Source: Mobula hypostoma (lineage: Eukaryota). Taken from it: DNA of 64,000 bases. The DNA lies in NCBI RefSeq assembly GCF_963921235.1, contig NC_086107.1, positions 106,580,001 to 106,644,000 of the forward strand, written 5' to 3'. The notes under the pieces were generated by a model that was not told the origin of the DNA, made no database searches, and saw nothing but the letters and a program-made list of their open reading frames with translations. Below are positions 28,591-42,300 of the stretch, one piece after another. The position numbers were made by a program, and so were the translations under genes. How positions within the stretch are numbered: position 1 is the stretch's first letter; each line of letters opens with the position of its first letter.

Positions 28591-31500
28591 TCAAGAATGC
28601 AGTGTGTGAATACAGCACACATGTATTTATGAGTACTTGGCCACACTTTGTAATGTTTTTCGCAGGGCGAATAATATATCACCTCCCATCACCTTGAATG
28701 CAGTACCAGATATGAACCAACCTCGGATACGGTTTCTCCAGACAGTTACTCCCCACCACACCCTTTCTCTGAAGTTGGTAGTCTTGCTTTCTGCAGGGTC
28801 CTGACAGAGGCTGAATATTGAAAAACTGTAAACAGAAGAGAAAGACTGTGTTTATAAAAATTAAAAACTGTGTTTGGTTCATTTGCAGTCATCTAACTGT
28901 AAAGATCTAACCCCCCATCTTTACAGTCAACTGCGCTCTGTAGATACCCGCCAATGTCTCTTTTGCGACTTCAACAGCACTACGAGCACATTCTCCTCAT
29001 CTGCATGTTGTGGGGACTGTATTTCCTGATATTGCAGCTGAGGTCAAACTGCAAAGTACTCAAAACACCCAAAATGCTGGAGGAACTCAGCAGGCCTGGC
29101 AGCATCTATGAGAAAGAGTACAGTCGACGTTTTGGGCCGAGACACTTCATCAGGATTCCTGAGGAAGGCCCTTGGCCTAAAAAGTCAACTGTACTTTGCT
29201 GCCAGGCCTGCTGAGTTCCTTCAGCATTTTGCGTCTTGCTTGGATTTCCAGATTCTGCAGATTTTCTCTTGTTTGTGATTGAAAAGTACTCAATTGGCTG
29301 TAAAGTGCTTTGGAGTTGGAGAAGGGTGCTAACCAGTGCTCCAATCTACAGTGGTAAAGGGTTGTGGAAGGAAGATGGGATGTTGCTTGGGTGCAGACGA
29401 ACAGATACTAGCAAGAAGGATGGGCTGAAAAGCCTCTTATCACCAGGACCTGTAGCTACTTATTTCCCGCCTATATGCCACTGGAGTTTATCACAGCAAT
29501 GAGGGTCCTCCATCTGTGGCGGTGTTCAGGGCTTCCTTCATCATGTCAGTAGCTTCCTCGCAGTTTCTACGACTGTCATTCTCGCAAGTCCCGGGTGGAG
29601 ACTCAGGAATACCGTCGCACTCAGATGCAGAAGGATTCTCCGTTGCTGTTTCCGTAACAATTTTGTTTGACCAGTCAGGATGGTTAGGCCTGTGCTGAAT
29701 ACCAGAACCACTCTCAGTCTGGCCTCTACCCTTTGACCTGTTTGGCATGGTGACCCTACCAAGAGCCAAAGCATGAAGTTCTGACTCCAGCCAACATCGC
29801 TCTCCAGGTCATTGAGCCTCCAAACCCTACCACAGGGTTGTGGTCCTCTTGGACCTGTACTAATATATATATTTTTAAAAACCTGAAGATGCCGGAAATC
29901 TGAAATAAAAGAGAGAGCACTGGAGTAAACAGCAGCATCTGTGGAGAGAGGAAAACAGGCTCTCTTTCCCTTCCCCAGAAGCTGCCTGACGTGCCGAGTA
30001 TCCTTAGTATTGTCTTTATCCTTTACTCTCTCTGTCTCATTTCATTATTTATTTCAGTAGCGCCTTTCATCATATTTATTGATTTATTTGTTGAGATACA
30101 GTGTGAAATATGCTCTTCCAACCCTTTGAGCTGGGCCACCCAGCAAACCCCTGATTTAATCCTAGCCTAATCACAGGATAATTTATAATGACCAACTAAC
30201 CTACCAACCAGTACGTCTTTGGACTGTGGAAGGAAACTGGAGCACCCGGAGGAAACCCACGCAGTCACGGGGAGAATGTACAAACTCCTTACAGGCAGCA
30301 GCGGGAATCTTACCCGGGTCGCTGGAACTGTAAAGCATCGTGGTAACCACTGTGCGGATGGCAGCATGTACGGTCAATAAAGATGTTCTGCGGTGCAGTT
30401 GTTTTCACTACTGGATCGATATGTCAACAGTGTGTGTGACAAATTCCTCTTCGGATGAGCAGGTGTTTCATTTTCACATTCGGTGGGACAGGACGTCCCC
30501 TGAGGCTGAGATCAGAGGTCTGAGCAAAACCGACCTCACCATATTACGGACAATAGTTACCAGCTGTACTAAGTCACCGAAACGAGAGATTCTGCAGGAA
30601 GTCTAGAGCAACACTCAGAAAGTGCTGGAGGAAAGTCAGGATGTAGTCGGTGAGCTTTGCTTCGGTGGGGGGGGGGGGGGGGGATGGGAGGCGGTTGCCA
30701 CAGTCTGAACTGCAAAGCCTTGCAAGTTATTGCAGCTTCTGCTAAACCCAGCGAACCTCAAACTTGCAAGCTAACTTCCCGCTCCACCTTTCGTGAGCTC
30801 CTCCCCCTTCCTTTCAATGGTGTTTAACCGCAGACCACTGCAACTGATGGCGGGTACTCAGCGACCCTCTGGCTCCCATCTTGGCACGACAAGCCCTCAT
30901 CGGTCAGGGCACTTCACTCCCAAAGTCCATCTGGCTACCCTTGACCTGGCCCACACTGAACTGGTTGACTTGACAGGTCCATTGGACACGGGAAAGCCGG
31001 CTACTCAGTCAGGTCAGTGGGAAAGCAAGTTGGTCCATAACACTATGAAAAGGTAATTACTGCCCAGGGGGGGAATAAACAGTCGACTTTTCGGGTTTGA
31101 ACTGCTCAGCCGATGAAGGGCCTTGGCTTGAAACGTTAGCTCTTTAATACTCTCCATAGATGCTGCCTGACCTGCTGAGTTCCTCCAGCACTTTGCATGT
31201 GTTACTCTGGATTTCCAGCATCCACAGAATCTCTCGTGTTCATAATTGCATGCCTTCTGGTATTAGAGTTGAAATGTCTAACAGCAGAGCGCATGCATTT
31301 ATTGTGTACTTAATATTTCAATGCTATTTGAAATATACTGTTTAATTAAGCACTCTTATTTGTTTAAATAATTAATTACAGGTTATATGTAAAGTTACTT
31401 TAATTGCCTACATCATTGTGCTACCACGTGATACGTGAAAAGTAAAGAACGAACGAGACCCGTATTTTCAGACTCCCGTGAGTTTCTTTGAACTAGTTAG

Positions 31501-31878
31501 ATGTTTTGAAGTTGCAAAACGTAACAGCTTTTAAAGTGAGAGGAGGGGTAAATTCAAAGGAGATGTGCTGGGCAGGTTTCTTACGTAGTGCGTGGAGGGG
31601 AACATGGGCTGTATTGTCTGGAGTGGTGATGGTGGAAGCAGAAAACAATCGAGTGGATTTTAGATAGGCACATGCACGTATAAAGAATGGAAGGAATTCT
31701 GCACTCTGGATTAATGTAGCTGGGCCTTTGATGACTAATATGATTAGTTCAGTACAACATCATAAAACACAAGGGGCTGGTCCCGTGATCTGCTGGTCTG
31801 TGGTCTATATTCCAATCGAGTTTGAATTCCTATATGCTTTTGAATAACTCAAGGTGCTTTATATCAATCAACTGTTTA

Positions 31879-32441
31879 CACTCAGTGACCATTTTATTAG
31901 TTACCTCCTCCACCGAATAACGTGGCCACTGAGTGTATGTTCACAGTCTTCTGCTGCTGTAGCCCGTCCACTTCAAGGTTTGACTGGTTGTGCATTCAGA
32001 GATGCTCTTCTGCACACCTCTGTTGTAATGGGTGGTTATTTGAGTTACTGTCACCTTCCTGTCATCCTGAATCAGTCTGGCCATTCTCCCCTGACCTCTC
32101 TCAATTAACAAGGCGTTTTCACCCACAGAACTGCTGCTCACTGGTTGTTTTTTGTTTATCGCAATCATTGTCTGTAAACTCTGTGCGCGAAAATCCCAGG
32201 AGATCAGCAATTTCCACGATACTCAACCCGCGCCCTCTGGCACCAACAATCATTCCATGGTCAAGGTCACTTGGATCACATTGGTTGCCCCATTCTGATG
32301 TTTTGGTCTGAACACCAGCTGAGCCTCTTGACCATGTCTGCATGCTTTTATGCATTGAGTTGCTGGCACATCATTGGCTGATTAGACATTTACAATAACG
32401 AGCAGATGTAGAGAGGCGCCTAATAAAGTGGTCACTGAGCC
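31879..32441 (-). mobile_element. Internally deleted Tc1/mariner element
   Basis: TIRs CACTCAGTGACCATTTTATTAG / CTAATAAAGTGGTCACTGAG with TA on both flanks. Minus-strand fragments MIVGAR..GLSI.EIADLLGFSRT and RMARLIQDDRKVTVTQITTHYNRG resemble the Tc1 transposase HTH region. Confidence 0.85.
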
Positions 32442-32449
32442 TATTCTAA

Positions 32450-32745
32450 AATGCAGCAACTCAGGAGACAAGTTGTACACAGGAAGCTCCCAGAAACCGC
32501 AAAGTGATAATGATCCATTAACTTGTACTCAGTTTTATTGATTAGGGAATAAATAGTACCCAGGAAGCCAAGGGGGACTTCCCAGTTCTTCATTTGAAAT
32601 TACACCATTCAGATCCACCTGAGAGAGACAGAAAAGGCCTCATCTGAAAGACTGTGCAACGGGCACTCCAGCACACCCACAGTACAGCCCGCAAAGTGAG
32701 ATCCGAACTGTTGCGTTCAAGTCTCGGAAGTGGGGTTTGAACGCA
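32450..32745 (-). mobile_element. Degenerate Deu-domain SINE remnant (SacSINE1/AmnSINE1 relative). Another at ~63670-63920
   Basis: Resembles the Deu-SINE consensus as I recall it (aagctcccacaaacagcaatgtgataatgaccag...gggataaatattggccagga). Not aligned computationally. Confidence 0.5.
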
Positions 32746-34640
32746 CCGGTGCGCCGTACAGAATCACGAACAACACCATAAGCGCTCCAATCACAAGCAA
32801 GGGAAAATCTGCAGATGCTGGAAATCCAAGCAACAGCCACAGAACGCTGGAGGAACTCAGCGGGCCAGGCGGCATCCATGGAAAAGAGTAATCAGTCGAT
32901 GTCTCGGGTCGAGACCCCTCATCAGGACCTTGATGAAGCAGGGCACCTTGGTTCCCAGTTCACTGTTCCTGGTGATATTAGTGTATTCCATACACCCGTA
33001 AATGTTCACTAGTTTGGGCAGACTGTGATGACACAGAAGATCATGGTACTCGGTACTTCAGGGGCCACAGTGGCTTAGCTGTTACAGCAACACTATTACA
33101 GCTTGGGTTGTCGGAGCTCGGAGTTAATTTCCAGCGTCCCCCATGATCAAGCTTGTATGTTCCTTCCTGTGAGCACGTGGGTTTCCTCCAGGTGCTCTGG
33201 TTTCCTCCCAAAGACGTACCAGTTCATAGTTAAATTGGTCATTGTTAACCCTCCGGTGATTAGGCTAGGGTTAAATCAATGGGTTACTGAGTCATGCAGT
33301 CAAAAGGACCAGAAGAATCTGTTACATGCTGTATCTCTACAATAAAACTAAACTTAAAATAAACCAGAGAGACTAAAGCCGTTAATTTCCTTCCCTAGCC
33401 ACCATTAGTCAACGTGAGGATTTTTGGCACAATCCTTTCAACGATTACTTACTTTCCGTTATGCTGCTCGTGTTTCGGGCAGCAATGAAGGTCCTCCATC
33501 TCTGGAGGTGTTCAGGGCTTCCTTCATCGTGTCAGTAGCCTCCAATCGGTTTTTGCTATCGTCAGTCATACAAATCCCGGGTGGAGACTCAGGAATCCCG
33601 TCATACTCAGGTGTAGAAGGATTCTTCATTGCTGTTTCTGTAAAAGTTTTGTTTGAACAGTCAGGACTGTTAACCCTGAGCTGAACCCCCGAACCTTCCT
33701 TCTTTTGTAAGTCAGAATCAGAATCAGGTTTAATATCACTGGCACACGTTGTGAAATTTGTTAACTTAGCAACAGCGGTACAATGCAATACATGATAATA
33801 GAGAGAAGAAAAACTGTAAATTATATACTGAATATATAAAATAGTTAACATAAATAAGTGGTGCAAAAACAGAAATAAAAAAATAGTGAGGTTGTGTTCA
33901 TGGGTTCGATGTCCAGTCAGAAATCGGATGGCAGAGGGGAAGAAGCTGTTCCTGAATCACTGAGTGTGTGTCTTCAGGCTCCTGTACCTCCTCCCTGATG
34001 GTAACAATGGGAAGAGGGCATGAAGGGGATGATGGGGATTCTTGATGATGGACACCAGCTTTCTGGGGTTCTGGATACTATGGAGTTAGTGCCCATAATC
34101 AATTTCTTTTCCCTAAAACAAAATCTGAACTATCCCATGCATTACTGATACAGGTTTGGGAATTAGCTATCAACTAACAAGACCGGTCATCCACTCTACT
34201 CATTGCAGGTGATTCCTGACAAGGCAGTAACCTTGGCATGGCCGCTTCAAACAGTGGGTTCACTACTCTTTCATTACAGAGTGGTACAGCCTCCTCACAA
34301 ATACAAAGGGCAGACTGACCTGGTTCTGCACTGCCGGGGGCACCGGACAGCATGAAAGAAAGGTCTCGGCCCGAAACGTTAGCTGCTTATTCACTTCCAC
34401 AGGTGCTGCCTGGCCTGCTGGCTTCCTCCGGCATTTTGTGTGTGTTACTCCGGATTCCTGGGGTCTGCAGACTTCCTTGCGCTTATGCTCACTCCAAAGC
34501 TGTTTTCCTGCTCAGGCAGACCTTACTCTGTGTTCAGGCTAGGGCCGGGTCATGGGCAGGCTTCAGTATCAGGCCTGCGCCCCCCCCCCCCAAGTCGGGC
34601 GCTGCGGGTGGGTGGGTGTCTGGTTTTAGGAGATCGTGTC

Positions 34641-35575
34641 CAAAATGAGTAACAGCTGGGGTACGAGAGGGAGGTGGGGCCTAGCGGAAGTTAGAGAAGT
34701 CAATGTTCATGCCATCAGGTTGGAGGCTACCCAGACGGAATATAAGGTGTTGTTCCTCCAACCTGAGTGTGGCTTCATCTTTACAGTAGAGGAGGCCGTG
34801 GATAGACATGTCAGAATGGGAATGGGATGTGGAATTAAAATGTGTGGCCACTGGGAGATCCTGCTTTCTCTGGCGGACAGAGCGTAGATGTTCAGCAAAG
34901 CGGTCTCCCAGTCTGCATCGGGTCTCACCAATATATAAAAGGCCACATCGGGAGCACCGGACGCAGTATATCACCGCAGTCGACTCACAGGTGAAGTGAT
35001 GCCTCACCTGGAAGGACTGTTTGGGGCCCTGAATGGTGGTAAGGGAGGAAGTGTAAGGGCATGTGTAGGAGGAACAACACCTTATATTCCATCTGGGTAG
35101 CCTCCAACCTGATGGCATGAACATTGACTTCTCTAACTTCCGCTAGGCCCCACCTCCCCCTCGTACCCCAGCTGTTACTCATTTTTATGCACACATTCTT
35201 TCTCTCACTCTCCTTTTTCTCCCTCTGTCCCTCTGAATATACCTCTTGCCCATCCTCTGGGTCACTCCCCCCCCCCGTCTTTCTCCCTAGGCCTCCTGTC
35301 CCATGATCCTCTCGTATTCCCTTCTGCCTATCACCTGTCCAGCTCTCGGCTCTATCCCTCCCCCTCCTGTCTTCTCCTATCATTTTGCATCTCCCCCTCC
35401 CCCTCCAGCTTTCAAATCTCTTACTCACTCTTCCTTCAGTTAGTCCTGACGAAGGGTCTCGGCCTGAAACGTCGACTGCGCCTCTTCCTATAGATGCTGC
35501 TTGGCCTGCTGCGTTCACCAGCAACTTTGATGTATGTTGCTTGAATTTCCAGCATCTGCAGAATTCCTGTTGTTT
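34641..35575. mobile_element. Penelope-like element 3' region with an internal inversion. GIY-YIG endonuclease on the minus strand (~34681-35067)
   Basis: VIYCVRCSRCGLLYIGETRCRLGDRFAEH...E..LIFRLGSLQPDGMN is a PLE GIY-YIG domain. The sequence flips at ~35067 and repeats the ORF end plus 3' UTR on the + strand. Confidence 0.9.
35442..35477 (+). ncRNA. Minimal type I hammerhead ribozyme motif (Penelope-borne)
   Basis: agtc-CTGACGA-agggtctcggcct-GAAAC-GTC-gact, predicted cleavage after C35473. Confidence 0.72.
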
Positions 35576-35833
35576 AACTTAGATGTAACCAAATATAGGT
35601 CAAAATCAGAAAAAGAATGGTTTTGGGGATGAGATTGGGAACATTTTGCTGAGCTAAAAGTTCAGATGTTATCCTCCTGTTTCTATATCTAATATTCTAA
35701 AACCATGTGGTTTAGTGGAACAATATCAGAATCATTCACTGTTGTCTGGTGTAATCAGACCATAGAAAAGTTGGTAACTAAGTGAGGTAACCAGTCCTGC
35801 GTGCCACTGTTGGTATTGGCTAGGAGAATAAAG

Positions 35834-36383
35834 GGGGAACTTTACCCTATATCTAACCTGTACTGGCCCTGTCCTGGAAGTGTTTGTTGGGATAGTGTGG
35901 AAGGGAGATTTACTCTGTATCTAAGCTGTACTGGCCCTGTCCTGGGAGTGTTTGTTGGGACAGCGTGGAAGGGAGATTTACTCTGTACCTAACCCGTACT
36001 GGTCCTGTCCTGGGAGTGTTTGTTGGGACAATGAGAAGGGAGATTTACTCTGTATCTAACCTGTACTGGCCTTGTCCTGGGAGTGTTTGTTGGGACAGCG
36101 TGGAAGGGAGATTTACTCTGTACCTAACCCGTACTGGTCCTGTCCTGGGAGTGTTTGTTGGGACAGTGTGAAGGGAGATTTACTCTGTATCTAACCCGTA
36201 CTGGCCCTGTCCTGGGAGTGTTTGTTGGGACAGTGTGGAAGGGAGATCGTACTGGCCCTGTCCCGGGAGTGTTTGTTGGGACGGTGTGGAAGGGAGATTT
36301 ACTCTGTATCTAACCCGTACTGGCCCTGTCCCGGGAGTGTTTGTTGGGACGGTGTGGAAGGGAGATTTACTCTGCATCTAACC
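35834..36383 (+). repeat. ~68-bp tandem repeat, about 8 units (GGGAGATTTACTCTGTATCTAACCCGTACTGGCCCTGTCCTGGGAGTGTTTGTTGGGACAGTGTGGAA)
   Basis: Period of 67-68 bp measured between actctg anchors at 35912, 35980 and 36047. One unit has an internal deletion near 36245. Confidence 0.93.
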
Positions 36384-37257
36384 TCAACTAGCAATGTCTG
36401 ACAGCACAGGGTAGAACAAAATTATCTCTGCATCTGCCTTGTGTTGGTTCCTGCTCTGGGTGTGTTTGAAAGGACGAGTGAGTGGAAGAGAAGGGAGGGG
36501 AAGCCCAAGTTTGGAGGGAATTTCATTCAGTAAACTCACGGCCAACAGTGGAAGTATATCAGACGGGAAATAAGTAGCTGGCCAGTTTATAAAGCTATAG
36601 GAAGAATTCTGCAGATTAGCTCATTTTTTATACAAGGAACGAATGAGAATGGTTTTCTATTTTAGAGCAGTTTCTGTGAAAAATGTGAGAAAACATCTTG
36701 TACGATGTCACAGGACATCCTGAACTGAGGTTGGGATGGTTTCCAAAACTCTGTCACCGTATGAATGCTAATAGACCAGCTCAGGGAGAATTAATTCATT
36801 AATTAATTTAGCGATGCAGTACTGAGCAAGCTCTTCCGGCCCTGCAAGCTGTCCCGCCTACCAACCCTCGACAACCTCCGATTTAACCCTAAATTAATCA
36901 CAGGACAGTTGGCAATGGCGCCCAATTTAAGCTGATGGTGTAAGGGCATTTGGCTCTCAAACTGGCTCAGATACTTTTCATGGAAACACTCATACCCCGC
37001 AGGAGCAGATTTGAGAACTTCCTGCTCTCAGATCACATGTCCTTCGGCCATCACATGGTCGTCTTTCTTGCCCTGGATTCCTAGTTCAAGTTATACCCTG
37101 TACTTTCCAACCCCACCCACCTTCTCTCTACACCTCCAAGAGGCTCTTCTTTTGCTGTCTGCCTCCTCCTCAGCCTTTTCTGCTCCTGACAGCTAAGGTT
37201 TGTCTTTTCTCACTTTCTCCTAGTTCTGACAAGGGGTTTTGAATCATTCCCTCTGTT

Positions 37258-37295
<38 letters not shown>

Positions 37296-39332
37296 GATGC
37301 TGACTGACCTGCTGAGTATTTCCAGCACCTTCTGTTTTTTATCCCTCAACTTCTCCTCGGTTGTGAGCTAAGCTCTTCCACATCCGTTACCCAGGGCAAA
37401 TAAAGATTTTCAAGATGATCTTCATTTTGACACATGGAGAGCGAAACATATGGTTTGCTTCAATGATCAACCCAGTCAAGGATGTGCTGGTGGTAGCCCA
37501 CAAGCATTGCCCAGCTTCCTGTGCCAACAGATCCTGCCCACAACTTCCCAGCCATAACCCATACATCTTTGGACTTTGGGAGGAAACCAGAGCACCCAGA
37601 GGAAACCCACATGGTCAGGGGGAGGACATACAAACTCCTTACAAACAGGGGCAGTATTGAACCAGTTTGCTGGTGTTATGATAATGTTATGCTAACCACA
37701 GCGCTACTGCGCCAAAAAGCCTGGAGATGTGCAGGAAAAAAAGAGGCCCTTCAGCCCATCAAGTCCATACCCAACAACAAATATCCATTTACACTTATCC
37801 AACATTAATCACATTTTCATTATTCCCCAAGGTCTCATCAGATCCACCCACCCCCCCACAATTCTGTCACTTACCCACACACTAGGGGCAATTTACATTG
37901 ATCAATTAAAATTTCAAGCGGCATGTCCTTGGGATGTGGGGGGAATCCCATTTATAGAATACTGTATAAAAGCAAGGTTGTAATGTTGAGATTTTATAAA
38001 GCACTGGTGAGGCCTCACTCGGCAAATTGTGAGCAGTTTTGGGCCCCTTATCTAAGAAAGGATGTGCTGACATTGGAGAGGGTTCACGAAAGTTATCCTG
38101 GGATTGAAAGGCTTGTCGTATGAGGAGCGTTTGATGGCTCTGGAATTCAGAAGAATGGGGGATGACTTCATTGAAACCTATCAAATGTTGAAAGGCTTTG
38201 ATAGAGTGGATGTGGGGAGGATATTTTCAGTGGTGGGGGGGATTCGAAGATCAGAGGACACAGCCTCAGAGTAGAGGGGTGTCCTTTTAGAATGGAGATT
38301 TGGAGGAATTTCTCTAGCCAGAAAGTGGTGAATCTGTGGAATTTGTTACCATAGGCGGCTGTGGCGGGCAAGTCACTGGGTATATTTAAGGAAGAGGTTG
38401 ATAGATTCTTGATTGGTCTGGGCATGAAGGGATATGGGCAGGAAGCAGAAGATTGGGACTGAGAGGGGAAATGGATCAGCCGTGATGAGATGGCAGAGCA
38501 GACTCGATGGGCCAAATGGCCTAATTCTGCTCCTATATCTAATGGTCTTATAATGACTTATAAAGTCACGGAGAAGGTGCAGACATCTGAGGTTAGAATT
38601 GAACCCAGTTTCCTGACGCGGTGAGGCAGCAGCTCTCCCCACTGCACCCCTGCACCCTCTTAACCTTGTGTCTAGTCAGAAGTGTAATTACACCTCTGCC
38701 TGTGTTTACCACGTCAGCCCTTGATCATAGCCTCACCGTCGCAGCATCAGACACCAGCTCCTTATTAAGACAGTTTCGTTCATCTACTGGATGTGAGCAA
38801 GCCTGCACAACTGCCCACATGGAGGCAGTACTGTGCCAACTCCATGTTCCGCTGGAGCCCGTGGCTGAAAGTGTTTCCGTGGCAAAAATGGTGAGATCCA
38901 AGCCAAAGAGCAATGAAGGAATGGAGATTTATGACCCAGTCAAGAAGTTGTGTGATTTGGTGGAGGGCTTATGGTTGGTGCCTCTACTGTATTCTTCCAG
39001 ACCAGGGGTTCTCAACCTGGGCTTCATGGATTAAAGGTTAAAGTCTGTCCCGAGCCTTGTGGCCCATCAGGCCGGTGCTTATGATGGTTTCCATGGTATA
39101 GTCAGAGCCAATCGTTCTTTCTCTCTCTCTCCTTTTTCTCCCTCTGTCCCTCTCACTATACCCCTTGCCTGTCCTCTGGGCTTCCCCCCACCTTTGTCTT
39201 TCTCCCTGGGCCTCCTGTCCCATGATCCTCTCATATCCCCTTTGCCAATCACCTGTCCAGCTCTTGGCTCCATCCCTCCCCCTCCTGTCTTCTCCTATCA
39301 GTTTGAATCTCTTACTAGCTCTTCCTTCAGTT

Positions 39333-39368
39333 AGTCCTGATGAAGGGTCTCGGCCTGAAACGTCGACT
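39333..39368 (+). ncRNA. Minimal type I hammerhead ribozyme motif in a Penelope 3' end (~39115-39433)
   Basis: agtc-CTGATGA-agggtctcggcct-GAAAC-GTC-gact. Confidence 0.72.
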
Positions 39369-42300
39369 GTACCTCTTCCTAGAGATGCTGCCTGGCCTGC
39401 TGCGTTCACCAGCAACTTTGATGTGTGTTGCTTGTTATTCCAAATCAGAATCAAGTTTAATATGGCGTGAAATGTGTTGTCTTTGAGGCAGCAGTACAAT
39501 GCAATACATAATAATAGAGAAAACAGTGAACTACAGTAAATGTAGATATATATTTAGTTAAATAAGTAGTGCAAAATAAAAATGAAAAAGTAGTGAGGTA
39601 CTACATGGGTTCAATGTCCATTCAGAAATCTGATGGCAGAGGGGAAGAAGCTGTTCCTGAATCGTTGAGTGTGTGCCTTTACGCTCCTGTACCTCCACCC
39701 TGATGGTAACAATGAGAAGAGGGCATGTCCTGGGTGATGGGGGTCCTTAATGATGGATGTCACCTTTATGAGGCACTGCTCCTTGAAGGTAACCTGGACA
39801 CTATGGAGGCTGGCGTCCATGATGGAGCTGACTAAGTTTACAACTTTCTGCAGCTTACTAAGAATCAATGCAGAGCTCCACCTCCAAACTAAGTGGTGAT
39901 ACAGCCAGTTAGAATGCTCTCCACAGTCCATCTGTAGAAACTTGCCAGGGTCTTTGGTGACGTGCCAAATCTCCTCAAACTCCTAATGAAATATAGCTGC
40001 TGCCGTGCCTTCCCTGTAGCTGCATTGATAAGTTGGGCCCAGGATGGCCATTGTAAATGCAGGTGGTGCTCAGTAAGTCTTATGGTATGAACTGGGGAGA
40101 GCTGATGGAATGTAGGGAGGACAAAAAAGGAGATACAAGAAAGACTGAAGGCCCCGTAAATAAAAAAAAGCAACTTTCAAAGTGCTGGAGAGACTCAGCA
40201 GGTGAGGCAGCGTCTATGGAGGAAAATGGACAGTCGGCATTCTTCATCATGTGTAAATGGGTGGATTGATAGTTAATATGCACTTAGCGCTCTTAAGCAT
40301 TTGTTTCTATGCTCGCTGACACCATGACTATAATTCCAGTCCAGGCAAAATAATTCCTGACAATGCTGCTATGGCAACCAAGACTAGTTATGACTTCACA
40401 CTCAGGAGTGGAGAGCATTCGAACTGGCTGCGTCACTGTCTGGTGCGGGGTTGGGCAAGGGTGGGAGGTGACTGCATGGAATCAAAATCAGTCCGCTCCA
40501 TCATGGGCACCAGCCTCCCCAGCATCCAGGACGTCTTCAAGGAGCGATGCCTTAAAAAGGGGGCGTCCATCATTAAGGACCCCCATCACCCAGGCCATGC
40601 CCTCTTCCCATTACTACGATCAGGGAGGAGGTACAGGAACCTGAAGACACACACTCAGTGATTCAGGAACAGCTTCTTCCCCTCTGCCATCTGATTTCTG
40701 AATGGACATTGAACCCATGAACACTACCTCACTACTTTTTTATTTCTATTTTTGCACTATTTATTTAATTTAACTATTTAATTTTTTAATATGTATACTT
40801 AGTGTAATTCACTTTTTTCTCTCTATTATTATGGATTGCATTCTACTGCTGCTGCAAAGCCAACAAGTTTCACAACATATTCCGGTGATGTTAAACCTGA
40901 TTCTGATTCTCAAGAAACGTAGAAACATAGAAAACCTACAGCACAATACAGGCCCTTCAGCCCACAAAGCTGTGTCGAACATGTCTCTACCTTAGAACTA
41001 CCTAGGCTTACCCATAGTCCTCAATTTTTCTAAGCTCCATGTATCCATCCAGCAGTCTCTTAAAAGACCCTATCATTTCCGCCTCCTCCGCTGTCACCGG
41101 CAGCCCATTCCACCCACTTACCACTCTCTGTGTAAAAAAATTACCCCTGTCATCTCCTCTGTACCTAATTCCAAAACTATAGTACCTTAAAACTATGCCC
41201 TCTTGTGCTAGCCATTTCGGCCCTGGGAAAAAGCCTCTGACTATCCACACGATCAATGCCTCTCATCATCTTATACACCTCTATCAGGTCACCTCTCATC
41301 CTCCGTCGCTGCAAGGAAAAAAGGCCGAGTTCACTCAACCTATTCTCATAAGGCATGCTCCCCAATTCAGGCAAAAGCCTTGTGAATCTCCTCTGCACCC
41401 TTTCTATGGTTTCCACATCCTTCCTGTAGTGAGGCGACCAGAACTGAGTAAGTGGGGTCTGACCAGGGTCCTATATAGCTGTAACATTAACTCTTCATCA
41501 GAACTGAACTCCGGTCCTTTACTACGAGGGTTGCGGAAATTTCTCTTTTTTGTTTACTTTTTGGACGTGTGCAACGCCTTTGCTCAGACGCTCTCTCTAA
41601 CTGCTTGTAAGGAAAATTTCTGTTCGGATCCTGACAGTGCCATCATCGCTTCTGCCTTGGGATAACTGAAAAGAAACACGTTGATCGCGGTTGTGGAGTA
41701 AGTGTTGCAGCCGGGGAGAATCGTTTAAAACGCAGGTATTGTCAGTTGTGCACTGGCTGTCAAAGATGAGCGATGTGATAAAAAGGAGTATTCTGTCAGT
41801 TGCTTTGCTATCAGATGGTGTCAGGAAGTGGAGAAGAAAATCAAAGGGTTTTGATGTGCAGAGCTGACGTTGGCCTTGCTCTTTGAGGTAACACAGGTGC
41901 ACTGTGAGGAAATCAAGCGTTACTCTGTGACCTGAAGCTGCAGTAGACAGATTTTCTCATGGTGGCATGTTCAAGAGCCAAGCACAAGGCAAACACCTCT
42001 TGGGAATTTATAGGATCTTTCCGGGATGGCATAAAAGCCATTCAGACCACAGTCGGCTCTGTTGCATTTCTTTTTATTTTCTGATCCTTAAGGTTTTCTG
42101 GGAGCCGGAAATGATGAACAGTCTTAAATTCTTAATGATCATTTATCTTAAAATACAAGAACTAGGTAAACTAAATAGCGAGCTGAGAAATGAAGCTAAG
42201 AGGTGAATGAACAGCAAAGAAGAAGATGGCGCCTCTGAAAAATCCATCACTTTTATAGTTGAGATGAGGAAAATTCCGTAGATAAACTAAACCAATCAAT

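Noticed and set aside
31290..31527. Possible additional solo LTRs ending in TAACA (also ~15530-15830)
   Set aside because: I could not define a 5' terminus or TSD, so they are left unannotated.
34681..35124. GIY-YIG ORF as an intact host or homing endonuclease gene
   Set aside because: Its ATG comes from the inverted arm. It is a 5'-truncated Penelope fragment with no RT.
28160..36383. CRISPR-like appearance of the 33-bp and 68-bp arrays
   Set aside because: Units are head-to-tail with no unique spacers, there are no cas genes, and the context is vertebrate.
40371..40420. MATKTSYDFTLRSGE as a possible GRAP2 start exon
   Set aside because: It runs straight into a Rex1/Babar fragment and has no ELSF motif or splice donor. 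The YDFT match is likely chance.
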